NCBI RefSeq assembly: GCF_000013905.1
Contig: NC_007969.1
Coordinates: 1,080,001 to 1,112,000, forward strand
Source: Psychrobacter cryohalolentis K5
GTDB lineage: Bacteria; Pseudomonadota; Gammaproteobacteria; Pseudomonadales; Moraxellaceae
DNA length: 32,000 bases
Direction: 5' to 3'
The position numbers and the translations under genes are program-made. The notes beneath the pieces were generated by a model. That model was not told the DNA's origin. It saw only the letters and a list, made by a program, of their open reading frames with translations, and did not search any database. Below are positions 17,422-25,351 of the stretch, in pieces; the first letter of the stretch is position 1; the number at the start of each line of letters is the position of its first letter.

Positions 17422-17450
17422 AATTATGCACTATAATCGTTAATTATCAA
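17422..17450 (-). promoter_or_regulatory. Candidate sigma70-type promoter of the WYL-headed operon
   Basis: On the minus strand there is TTGATA (17450-17445), a 17-nt spacer, then ATAATT (17427-22). An 8-bp palindrome CTTGCAAG sits at 17347-17354, next to the start codon. This is a pattern match only. Confidence 0.3.
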
Positions 17451-17885
17451 TTGCTTTCGAACTTTCTTTTACTATATTTTTAGCAAGTTCTTGATAATGT
17501 TATTAATATATTATTCAGAATGAAAAATTATTTGCTAAAGAGTAGGCATGGTTTAAAAAGTTTAGTAGTTTGATATAATTAATGTTATAGCTTTGTCGCT
17601 ACAATCCATATTGTTTGTTTCTTAGTTATATCCTAATAAAGACCAGTGTAGTCAAAGAAAATGACAGGTTGTGTCATAGAAACTAATAATTTTTAGCTAT
17701 GAAATAAATTTAGATAGTAGAGTTTGGCCAAGTTAGGTAAGCATTATGATGAGCTACGCTGTTAAGTTCGTAGATATTAATTGAGAGGGAAGGTAAGGGT
17801 GTGTTGAACATTGGGATCAAATTGATTGTAAAAAAATAGCGAACGGATAATCTTTAAGTTCTTACACAAAAAAATATCGTTCGCT

Positions 17886-17956
17886 ATGCCTCGCACCATA
17901 CTTAAAGATGAACACTGGATTAGACTAAGACCCATACTGAGTTATGCTGAAAAAAT
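17886..17956 (+). pseudogene. N-terminal fragment of an IS5-family-like (DUF4096-type) transposase, cut by the IS3-family insertion
   Basis: MPRTILKDEHWIRLRPILSYAEKI resembles the l.d..W..i.pll opening of IS5/IS427-group ORFs. The reading frame ends at the IS3 left terminus, and no continuation is found after 19212. Confidence 0.35.
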
Positions 17957-18002
17957 TGTAGAACTAGACTTTGTAAACTAAGCGTATTAATAGGAGTTTG
18001 TC

Positions 18003-19184
18003 ATGACTAAGAAAATCAGAACCTATAGTGCAGCTTTCAAAGCTGAAGCCGTCAAAAAATTAGCAGGTAATAATAGCAATGTTTAAGCGACTGCAAAGCA
18101 GCTAGGCATAGCCATGCAGACCTTATCTAACTGGCAGAACAAAGCGAATGAAGGCAAACTTATCGGCACTAAGCAGTATGACCCTGAACTCATGGCTATA
18201 CTAGAAGAGAATAAACGTCTTAAACGTGATCTCAAGATTGCTCAAGAGGAGCGAGAGATATTAAAAAAGGCCACGGCGTACTTCGCGAAACACAGTTGAT
18301 GAAGTACGTCTTTATCAAGGATAACCAGAAGATATTTAGCATTACCTGTATGTGTCGCGTATTAGATGTCAAGCCATCAAGCTATTACAACTGGATAAAT
18401 CGTGGTGTCAGTAATCAGCAGATCCACCGCAACCAGTGTGAGCTGCTGGTTCGCGTGGCTCATGATGAGACTAAGCAGCGCTATGGCTGTGAGCGATTGC
18501 ATGCTCATCTTGCAGGGCAAGGCCATCATATCAGTCAATACATGGTCAGACGAATCAAAAAGGAATACGGCATTGTTTGCCGTCGTCACAAGCGTTTTAA
18601 AGTTACTACCAACTCAAACCATAACAAGCTTATCTATCCAAACCTGCTCGATCAAAAATTTGATACCAGTCGTCCTAACGAAGCTTGGGTTAGTGACATC
18701 ACTTAGATATGGACAGATGAGGGTTGGCTATACTTAGCAGGCGTTAAAGACCTCTACACTAAAGAGATCATCGGCTATGCTATCCACAAGCGTATGACAG
18801 CAGATTTAGTTTGCCGTGCACTTAATATGGCCATCAAGAACAAACGAACCAGCCAAGCGCTGATTGTTCCCTCTGACAGAGGAAGTCAGTACTGTAGTTA
18901 CGAGTATCATAAGATCATTAAGAAACATAGATTTAAGGGCTCAATGTCCAGACGTGGTAATTGCTTTGATAACGCGCCCATAGAAAGCATCTCGGGTGAG
19001 GAGCACTGCTCCGCAAGGAAGAGTGAGTTGGTGTATCACCAAGACTATAAAACCAAGGTTTGGAGCCATCAGTGATATCACTAAATATATCGAACTAGAT
19101 TACAATCAGACTAGGATTCAAAAGGGTTTGGGCTATAAAACGCCAAGACAGATGTGGCTTGATTATTATCGTCAGGCTGCGTAA
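18003..19184 (+). pseudogene. IS3-family transposase OrfAB, disrupted
   Basis: orfA (MTKKIRTYSAAFKAEAVKK...) has an in-frame TAA at 18084-18086. orfB carries the DDE region WVSDIT*IWTDEGWLYLAGVKDLYTKEIIGY with TAG at 18704-18706, then SDRGSQYCS and GNCFDNAPIES. A further frameshift occurs near 19053, before AISDITKYIELDYNQTR. Confidence 0.8.
18263..18269 (+). promoter_or_regulatory. Programmed -1 ribosomal frameshift heptamer A AAA AAG of the IS3 element
   Basis: The heptamer lies in the orfA zero frame (TTA AAA AAG GCC). A -1 slip reads directly into the orfB frame (18296 onward), as is established for the IS3 family. Confidence 0.6.
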
Positions 19185-19404
19185 TTAACCCCCCCCCAAG
19201 TTGTTTTGTACAGATTTGACAGCATAGGTCACTGTGATGAGCAGAGTGATAGACGTGCAAATCATTTAGTTCGATGTGTCATAGATTACACTTAGATTTT
19301 ATTAATGAATAATGACTATAGCAGATAACGTTTAACAGTCTTTTGGTAAGCTTTATACTTTGGCTATATTTATTATTCTTGTTGTTACACGTGAGGTTTT
19401 TAAA

Positions 19405-21048
19405 ATGCGTTTAGATAGAGTGTCTGGTGCTCCCTTGGATAAGATCTATTCTTTCTCTGATTTACCTACCATGCATACTTTTGATGCTGCTGGTATTAAT
19501 GTTGACCACCTACTTCTTTTGCAGTATACGCTTTCCAATAATTTTGTAGTTGGTGCTGAGTTTGCTATTGCTAATTTATACGATGATGTTTTTTTAAAAA
19601 TTGAGTCTCTTTATGCTGAAGCTGCTGGATTTGGGGGTGACGGGCTAGCTGTTATTAGGTACCTAGAGACTACTGATATTGTGCAAGTTTCTGAAGAGTT
19701 GTCTAAGACAGTTGTCAATGACTACTTTAACTACTGTGTGGATGTTAATGATCGCTATCAGCCAAAAATATTTATCAACATGAAAGAGCAGCTCAATATC
19801 TTTCTAAAAAACCTGAGTTTTATTCAAAAGCTGCACTCTAACTCATATTTTTATAATGCTTCTAAAAAAACTATTCTGGATGAGTCAGGTTTAGAAGATG
19901 GGTTAGAGCTTAGCGATGATATAGAAGCTGACATAGAGCGCAGTGCTCATGAATCTTATATTGAAGCTTTGAATGCTATTAATAAAGATGTTTGCGTGTA
20001 CATTATACTTTGGTTACATGCGTATAGATTTTCGCAGGCAAGGATAGAGTGTTCGAAAAATAAGGAAAATATAGCTTTTTCGCATAGGTATTATGGTTGG
20101 TCACAACCTCTCTACAGTCTGAATGAAGATTTTCAAATAGAGTTTAAGACTAATTTTGGATATGGTTATTCAAGCTATTTCTACTTGGTAATGTACTACA
20201 AAGGAATACAGATATTTAACTTTCTTGATTGGGTGAATTACGGTATTGCGGATCTTTCACAGATGCACAAGTATTCTATAAAATACACTGAGGAGCCTAC
20301 GGACGATGAAAAAGAGCTGGGACAGACGAACAATAAAAATCAAACTATTAGTAATGAACTTTGGGTGGAAGCAGTAGAAGATGCTAAAGAAGCCTGTAAT
20401 TTATATTTAAGAGAGGAGGATGCATTTATAAGGAAGCACATTATAGATAATCTGGGTGGTATGGTATCGAGATTGGAGAAAATAATAGATACAAGCGATG
20501 CTGAAATAAATAGTAAGTATAGAAGTTCTGCATATAAGTTCAGTAGTTATTGCTTCAGTAAAGAAGAAATAATAAAAGTAAAGTCGATGAACGTGAAGGG
20601 TTATATGATAAGTGGAGTATTAGGCTTTATAAATCAGATACTTAAATTGGAAGAAGTTATTTCAGTAAAGTCTTATTTAGAAAGAATATGGTCTTTAAAT
20701 AGAAAATTAAAACCAATGTTAGAATTAGAAAGTATAAGAAATAAAGACATGAAAGCAAGGATAGAGTCTGAGGTAAAAAACACTAAAGATAGGATGATTG
20801 TTGTATGGACAGTGGGCGACGGTTCTGGTTGTTTAAGAGACCTAACAAATATGAAGAAAAAATCTGGTTTAAGTTCTGATGTACAAGAAGTATTTGATAG
20901 ATTACAAAAAGAGCATGACGATCTATCTTTGAAAAATAAAGATATAATGGAAGATTATGACAACGTCAATAAACTCTTGAGAAATATTGATAGATATACT
21001 CTAAACATAGAGCAGTACTTCTCTAAGCAGTACTTCTCTAAGCAGTAG
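19405..21048 (+). CDS. Hypothetical protein (about 547 aa), coiled-coil-rich C-terminal half
   Basis: Long ORF. The track starts at TTG 19360, but the ATG at 19405 has a GAGG Shine-Dalgarno 8 nt upstream. No recognisable catalytic motif. The 3' end carries a 15-bp tandem duplication (21011-21047) encoding YFSKQYFSKQ. Confidence 0.6.
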   Translation: MRLDRVSGAPLDKIYSFSDLPTMHTFDAAGINVDHLLLLQYTLSNNFVVGAEFAIANLYDDVFLKIESLYAEAAGFGGDGLAVIRYLETTDIVQVSEELSKTVVNDYFNYCVDVNDRYQPKIFINMKEQLNIFLKNLSFIQKLHSNSYFYNASKKTILDESGLEDGLELSDDIEADIERSAHESYIEALNAINKDVCVYIILWLHAYRFSQARIECSKNKENIAFSHRYYGWSQPLYSLNEDFQIEFKTNFGYGYSSYFYLVMYYKGIQIFNFLDWVNYGIADLSQMHKYSIKYTEEPTDDEKELGQTNNKNQTISNELWVEAVEDAKEACNLYLREEDAFIRKHIIDNLGGMVSRLEKIIDTSDAEINSKYRSSAYKFSSYCFSKEEIIKVKSMNVKGYMISGVLGFINQILKLEEVISVKSYLERIWSLNRKLKPMLELESIRNKDMKARIESEVKNTKDRMIVVWTVGDGSGCLRDLTNMKKKSGLSSDVQEVFDRLQKEHDDLSLKNKDIMEDYDNVNKLLRNIDRYTLNIEQYFSKQYFSKQ

Positions 21049-21049
21049 T

Positions 21050-21343
21050 TTGAATATGAAGTTTATAATTCAGCTTTATCATAAATTAGTCACACTAATA
21101 CCAAGAATAGGACGTCTAACTATGTTTAAAAGTCTTACAAAATTTTTTAGAGCAGTTTCTGTAGAAGCGAATAAGATTAGCGATCAACTAGATGTAAAAA
21201 TTAAAAAAGAAGAAAAGAAGTTAGTGGAGATACGGAAAGACTTCGAAGAACATGAGCGGAAATCAGCAGTGGAAGGAGGCTTCGATACAGTTGAAAAGTG
21301 GCGAGAACACATGGAGGAGATAAGAAGAGATTTATTGAAATAA
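21050..21343 (+). CDS. Small hypothetical charged/coiled-coil protein (start uncertain: 21056 or 21122 ATG)
   Basis: ORF directly after the 547-aa gene. Its Lys/Glu-rich sequence reads KIKKEEKKLVEIRKDFEEHERK. No clear Shine-Dalgarno, so coding status is uncertain. Confidence 0.3.
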   Translation: MNMKFIIQLYHKLVTLIPRIGRLTMFKSLTKFFRAVSVEANKISDQLDVKIKKEEKKLVEIRKDFEEHERKSAVEGGFDTVEKWREHMEEIRRDLLK

Positions 21344-21404
21344 ATTTTTTGCTATATTCAGGATAACTTTACTTTGAATTATAGAGACCTATAGAGACCA
21401 TCCC

Positions 21405-21456
21405 GAGGGTATCCCAGATTCTGTGTAACTGCCATTTAGATTAAATGCTTACTGAT
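21405..21456 (-). mobile_element. Solo terminal fragment (about 52 bp) of an IS256-family element, inverted relative to the full copy
   Basis: gagggtatcccagattctgtgtaactgccatttagattaaatgcttactgat is nearly identical to the reverse complement of the right end of the full copy (22969-23020). This includes the last codons ...ISKHLI*. The similarity stops abruptly at 21457. Confidence 0.65.
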
Positions 21457-21709
21457 GCGGTGGTAACGCTCCCAAACCTAAGACACCTAATAAATAGAAT
21501 TAAGCTACCTAGCTCAAGTAAATCTGTCTCCTAGATACTCGGGAGGGTTACCGTTCAATTTAATTTTGAGTAAGATTAATATAGTCAGTTCAAAATAAAA
21601 ATGTTATGACCAGGGCAAATATTATAAAATAATTTGGATAAGTCATTTTGCATGAGACTTTCCCAAACTTTGTGTAACTGCTTATAATCCACTAACCGGA
21701 GAATAAGCA

Positions 21710-22991
21710 ATGACTAACCAAACTGACATCAAGAAACTGGCCCAGCAGATGGCTGGTAGCATGAACAGCTTTGATGACATCAAAGACTTCCAAAAGCAAC
21801 TCATGCAATCCTTTATCGATACTGCCCTAGAAGCTGAGATGGAAGACCATCTTGGCTATCCTAAGCATGAAAAGGCGGATAAACCTAATAAGCGCAATGG
21901 GCACACTAAAAAGACAGTCCGTAGTGACACAGGGGAGCTTGAGATCTCCACCCCAAGAGACCGTGACGGCGCTTTTGAGCCCACCTTAGTGCGTAAGCAT
22001 CAAACCCGTATCTCAGGGCTTGACGATAAAATCATATTCCACTACAGGCATAGCCTTCCGTCTTGCGCTTCGGGCAAGTGTCTCCCAGACACTTGCTGAT
22101 CCTCGCTCATATGCCAAGGGCCAAACGACCACCGAGATTGTCGAGACCATCAAAGAGCTTTACGACGTCGACATCTCAAGCTCTCTTGTCTCAAGAGTCA
22201 CTGACAACATCTTGGAAGACATCACTGCGTGGCAGAATAGACCACTGAGCAGTGTTTATCCTATCGTCTATTTGGACTGTATTGTTGTTAAAGTACGTCA
22301 AGATAAGCAGATCATCAACAAGGCTATCTATCTGGCGCTAGGGGTGGGACTTAACGGTAAAAAAGAGCTGCTGGGTATGTGGTTATCAGAGAATGAGGGC
22401 GCTAAGTTCTGGCTAGGCGTTCTCACTGAATTGCAAAACCGCGGGGTACAAGACATACTCATTGCCTGTGTCGACGGTTTAAAGGGCTTTCCTGATGCCA
22501 TCAATACTGTTTACCCCAACGCTCAGGTTCAGCTGTGTATCGTGCACATGGTGCGTTATTCAATGAAGTTCGTACCATGGACGGACAAAAAGGCCGTAGC
22601 GGCTGATTTAAAGGCAATTTATGGTGCTGATACTATAGAGATAGCAGAGGCCAATCTTGAGCACTTTGATGAGACTTGGGGTAAAGAGTACCCGCACGTG
22701 GTTAAGTCTTGGCGCAATAACTGGGAAGGCTTAACGGTGTTCTTTGGTTACCCTAAAGACATCAGAAAAGTCATATATACCACCAATGCTATTGAGTCGC
22801 TAAACAGTGTGATTCGTACGGCAGTGAATAAGCGTAAGGTGTTCCCGTCTGATCAGGCAGCGTTTAAGGTAGTCTATCTAGCAACCCAGCAGGCGTCTAA
22901 AAAGTGGTCGATGCCGATTCGTAACTGGACGTCTGCCCTTAATCGCTTTATGATTATGTTTGATGATCGTATCAGTAAGCATTTAATCTAA
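21710..22991 (+). pseudogene. IS256-family (mutator-type) transposase, split into two frames
   Basis: The N-terminal part reads ...LEAEMEDHLGYPKHEKADKPNKRNGHTKKTVRSDTGELEISTPRDRDGAFEPTLVRKHQTRISGLDDKII. The C-terminal part reads SYAKGQTTTEIVETIKELYDVDIS...VYLDCIVVKVRQD...GMWLSENEGAKFW...IACVDGLKGFPDAI...CIVHMVR. The two parts are separated by a 70-bp insertion that shifts the frame. Confidence 0.8.
22037..22106. other. 70-bp insertion inside the IS256 transposase gene carrying a perfect 10-bp-stem hairpin
   Basis: Deleting exactly 22037-22106 restores GAT AAA ATC ATA TCA TAT GCC AAG GGC (DKIISYAKG), the expected IS256-family motif. The insert contains GCAAGTGTCT-CCC-AGACACTTGC (22074-22096). 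Confidence 0.55.
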
Positions 22992-23020
22992 ATGGCAGTT
23001 ACACAGAATTCGGGATACCC

Positions 23021-23320
23021 TCCTTTTTTTTGACTAATGCCAAGACGCTTTAAGGCGTGATAAATACCTGTTTTACTACAGTTTAAACGACGTGCTCGCT
23101 CATACTGGTAATCATCAGGATGCTCTTTGACATCATTCAGTAGCACGTCATCTGGTATTTTATAGGGTTTGGTTTGTCTGGTTGTTTTGCTATGAACACG
23201 TCTCTTCCAGTTTTGTATGGTGGTTGGGCTGAGATTATAGAACTCAGCCGCTTCGGCAAAGGTCATACCGTCATCTATACTTTTGAGAACTTGTTTACGA
23301 TAATCTAGTGAGTAAGTCAT
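23021..23320 (-). pseudogene. IS630-family transposase N-terminal (HTH) fragment truncated by the IS256 insertion
   Basis: MTYSLDYRKQVLKSIDDGMTFAEAAEFYNLSPTTIQNWKRR...CSKTGIYHALKRLGISQKK is a typical IS630 ORF opening. The last approx 10 codons of track ORF 22988..23320 (GGYPEFCVTAI) are read-through into the IS256 terminus. Confidence 0.65.
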
Positions 23321-23476
23321 GGTCTTTATAATAACAATTGGGTTTGATAATTAGTTTATAACACTTTTAGGTGGGCTTGACTATAGCTTTGTAAGATTCT
23401 ATAAACTGATAGTCGCCGTGCCTATGAAGGCTTTGCAAAATTAGATTATGCTGATATATTTTAAAGGATTCTCATT

Positions 23477-24538
23477 GTGCCCTCTGCCGACTTTCAGCTT
23501 AACTTTCTAAGACGTATTCAATGGTTGCTTGAATCTAGCTCTTATACCTCGACTTATAAATTCGCTTTATTAATGGCGATGACAAACCTTTCTATAGAAT
23601 CAGCTATTAATGATAATAGTGAGTGTATTATGTCCTATGAAGAGTTAGCTGAGCAGTTTGTTCAGCTTTACTGGACACAAACACTGCCGTTTTCACATCA
23701 AGATGATGACTCTATATTGAAACAGAGTAATGTAGGGGGTCAAGCTAAGGTTATTACTAGCATACTGAAGTTGCAACAAGAGACTAAAACGACCAACATA
23801 CGTGTAGCTCGGACGCGTGATATTAAAAAGTGGCAGTCAACGATTAAAGAGGTTGCTCAGACCATTAAGAACAACCCGGCAAAGTATTTACAAAGTGCCC
23901 AAGATAAGGTCAGTCGCGAATTTCTATATGTTTATAATCCTAAAGCAAACGAGATAATATTGATGCCTGGAGTCGCATATTGCTTTACCCGTTTCAGTCA
24001 GATAATTCATAAACTCTGCCAGCAGTATTGGACAGAGTTTGTGCGTAAGAACCGTCACAATCAACCGTATTTCAGCGATGATGTTGACCTGCAACAATTT
24101 TTATTTCATCAATCAAGACAAAGTTTAAAAGTCTTAGAATCTATATTAATTGATACACAACAAGGGCAGTGCTTCTATTGTCATAAAGCTTTAAAAAATA
24201 ATATTGAAGTCGATCATTTTATTCCTTGGTCGAAATACCCCATTGATACCACTCATAACTTCGTACTCACTGATCATAGCTGCAACAATAGCAAACGGGA
24301 TTATCTTGCTGAAGAGCTATTTTATGAGAAGTGGTTAGAGCGCAATCAACAACATGGTCATACGATTGAACAAGAAGCAAAAACCATAGGCTTTATAACT
24401 AACCAGCAACGCTCAGAGACGATTAGCCAGTGGGCCTATCAAATAGCAATAGAACATGAGGATTTGGTCTGGTCGCCAGAACCAAGTATAAAGCTACGAC
24501 CAATTAATCCTGACTTATTGCCACAGCTTCGAGCCTGA
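23477..24538 (+). CDS. HNH endonuclease family protein with unknown N-terminal domain
   Basis: The HNH core is CFYCHKALKNNIEVDHFIPWSKYPIDTTHNFVLTDHSCNNSKRD. GTG start with an AAGGA Shine-Dalgarno 8 nt upstream. The N-terminal SSYTSTYKFALLMAMTNL segment suggests a helical DNA-binding module, but this is recollection only. Confidence 0.7.
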   Translation: MPSADFQLNFLRRIQWLLESSSYTSTYKFALLMAMTNLSIESAINDNSECIMSYEELAEQFVQLYWTQTLPFSHQDDDSILKQSNVGGQAKVITSILKLQQETKTTNIRVARTRDIKKWQSTIKEVAQTIKNNPAKYLQSAQDKVSREFLYVYNPKANEIILMPGVAYCFTRFSQIIHKLCQQYWTEFVRKNRHNQPYFSDDVDLQQFLFHQSRQSLKVLESILIDTQQGQCFYCHKALKNNIEVDHFIPWSKYPIDTTHNFVLTDHSCNNSKRDYLAEELFYEKWLERNQQHGHTIEQEAKTIGFITNQQRSETISQWAYQIAIEHEDLVWSPEPSIKLRPINPDLLPQLRA

Positions 24539-24557
24539 TAAATAGATATGTCACCTT

Positions 24558-25184
24558 ATGATCAATCAATTATCTAAAAGAATGCTTAACTATTATGATG
24601 AAAATGTCGTTGAGTTTGCTTGTCAAACGGTAAGCATAGATATGCATGATTTATACGAGCTATTTATTAATCAGCTCCCTCAAAGAGATACGCAGTCTAT
24701 TTTAGATGTGGGCTGTGGCTCAGGTAGGGATGCAAGTTACTTTGCTAAACAGGGTTATGAGGTAACAGCGATAGATGCCAGCGCTGGATTAATTCAGTGG
24801 GCTCAGAAATATCATATGTCGAGCAGAATTAGTTGGGTTCACTTAGATTTTAGCAGTATTGAAAATCAGACTTGGGAAAATAAGTTCACTGGCATTTGGG
24901 CTTGTGCCTCATTGCTACACGTACCTTTTCTCGAGCTATCTTTCATTATAAAGTCATTACTCTACACCTTAACTGATAAAGGCGTGATGTACTTATCATT
25001 TAAATGTGGAGAAGGGGAGCGAGTAGACAATGAGCGCTTCTTTTGTGATATGAATGAATCACGTTGGACAACCATTGTTGCTAAAATACCGCAAGTAATT
25101 GAGTATAAGATCTGGTTGTCGGCCGATAAAAGATCTAGTATTGAGAATAATTGGTTTAATATCACCATTAAGAAAACAGATTAA
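24558..25184 (+). CDS. Class I SAM-dependent methyltransferase (small-molecule/Methyltransf_11-25-like)
   Basis: Motif I is ILDVGCGSGRDASYFAKQGYEVTAIDAS and the post-I acidic residue is present. No (D/N/S)PP(Y/F/W) motif or cytosine-5 PC/ENV motif is visible. It starts 19 nt after the HNH gene. Confidence 0.8.
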   Translation: MINQLSKRMLNYYDENVVEFACQTVSIDMHDLYELFINQLPQRDTQSILDVGCGSGRDASYFAKQGYEVTAIDASAGLIQWAQKYHMSSRISWVHLDFSSIENQTWENKFTGIWACASLLHVPFLELSFIIKSLLYTLTDKGVMYLSFKCGEGERVDNERFFCDMNESRWTTIVAKIPQVIEYKIWLSADKRSSIENNWFNITIKKTD

Positions 25185-25270
25185 TTTGAAAAGAATTAGA
25201 TAGTCAAACCATCAAGCTACTGATCATCAAACGGTAAAAGTTGAATGATCAATGAGTTGATAATCGGAAT

Positions 25271-25308
25271 ATGATAAGAAATATAAGTTACTTCTTATCA
25301 TTATTTTA
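25271..25308. terminator. Possible bidirectional intrinsic terminator between convergent genes
   Basis: Perfect 10-bp inverted repeat ATGATAAGAA (25271-25280) / TTCTTATCAT (25292-25301) with an 11-nt loop, followed by TATTTTAT. The stem is AT-rich and therefore weak. Confidence 0.35.
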
Positions 25309-25351
25309 TAGATGCATAACCACTCAATTAAAAACCTAAAAAACGATAAGG

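Larger units (their letters stand above)
17957..19212 (+). mobile_element. IS3-family insertion sequence (IS150-like ends TGTA...TACA), inactivated
   Basis: Imperfect terminal inverted repeats are present: TGTAGAACTAGACTTTG at 17957 versus the reverse complement of 19212, TGTACAAAACAACTTGG. It has the orfA/orfB organisation with an A AAA AAG slippery site, and its approx 1.26 kb length is typical of IS3. Confidence 0.75.
21655..23020 (+). mobile_element. IS256-family insertion sequence
   Basis: The terminal inverted repeats are TCCCAAACTTTGTGTAACTGC (21661 onward) and, as the reverse complement of the right end, TCCCGAATTCTGTGTAACTGC. A single mutator-type transposase gene lies inside. The outer boundaries are approximate to within a few bp. 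Confidence 0.75.

Noticed and set aside
17460-17885. Searched the long non-coding stretch upstream of the operon for a tRNA, attachment site or structured ncRNA. Candidates were the small hairpin ATGACA-ggttg-TGTCAT near 17663 and the 10-bp inverted repeat ATAGCGAACG...CGTTCGCTAT at 17836-17887.
   Set aside because: No cloverleaf-compatible sequence or conserved tRNA boxes were found. The hairpins are short and AT-rich, and the 10-bp inverted repeat overlaps the start of the IS5-like fragment, so it probably belongs to that IS. There is too little evidence to call an RNA gene.
22988-23020. C-terminal 10 codons (GGYPEFCVTAI) of track ORF 22988..23320
   Set aside because: These codons are read-through into the IS256 terminal repeat and are not part of the original IS630 protein. 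The feature is therefore reported as a truncated pseudogene ending at about 23021.
23477-25184. Type II restriction-modification system (HNH endonuclease plus methyltransferase)
   Set aside because: The methyltransferase lacks the catalytic DPPY/NPPF-type or cytosine-5 motifs and any target-recognition domain. At 208 aa it fits a small-molecule methyltransferase better.
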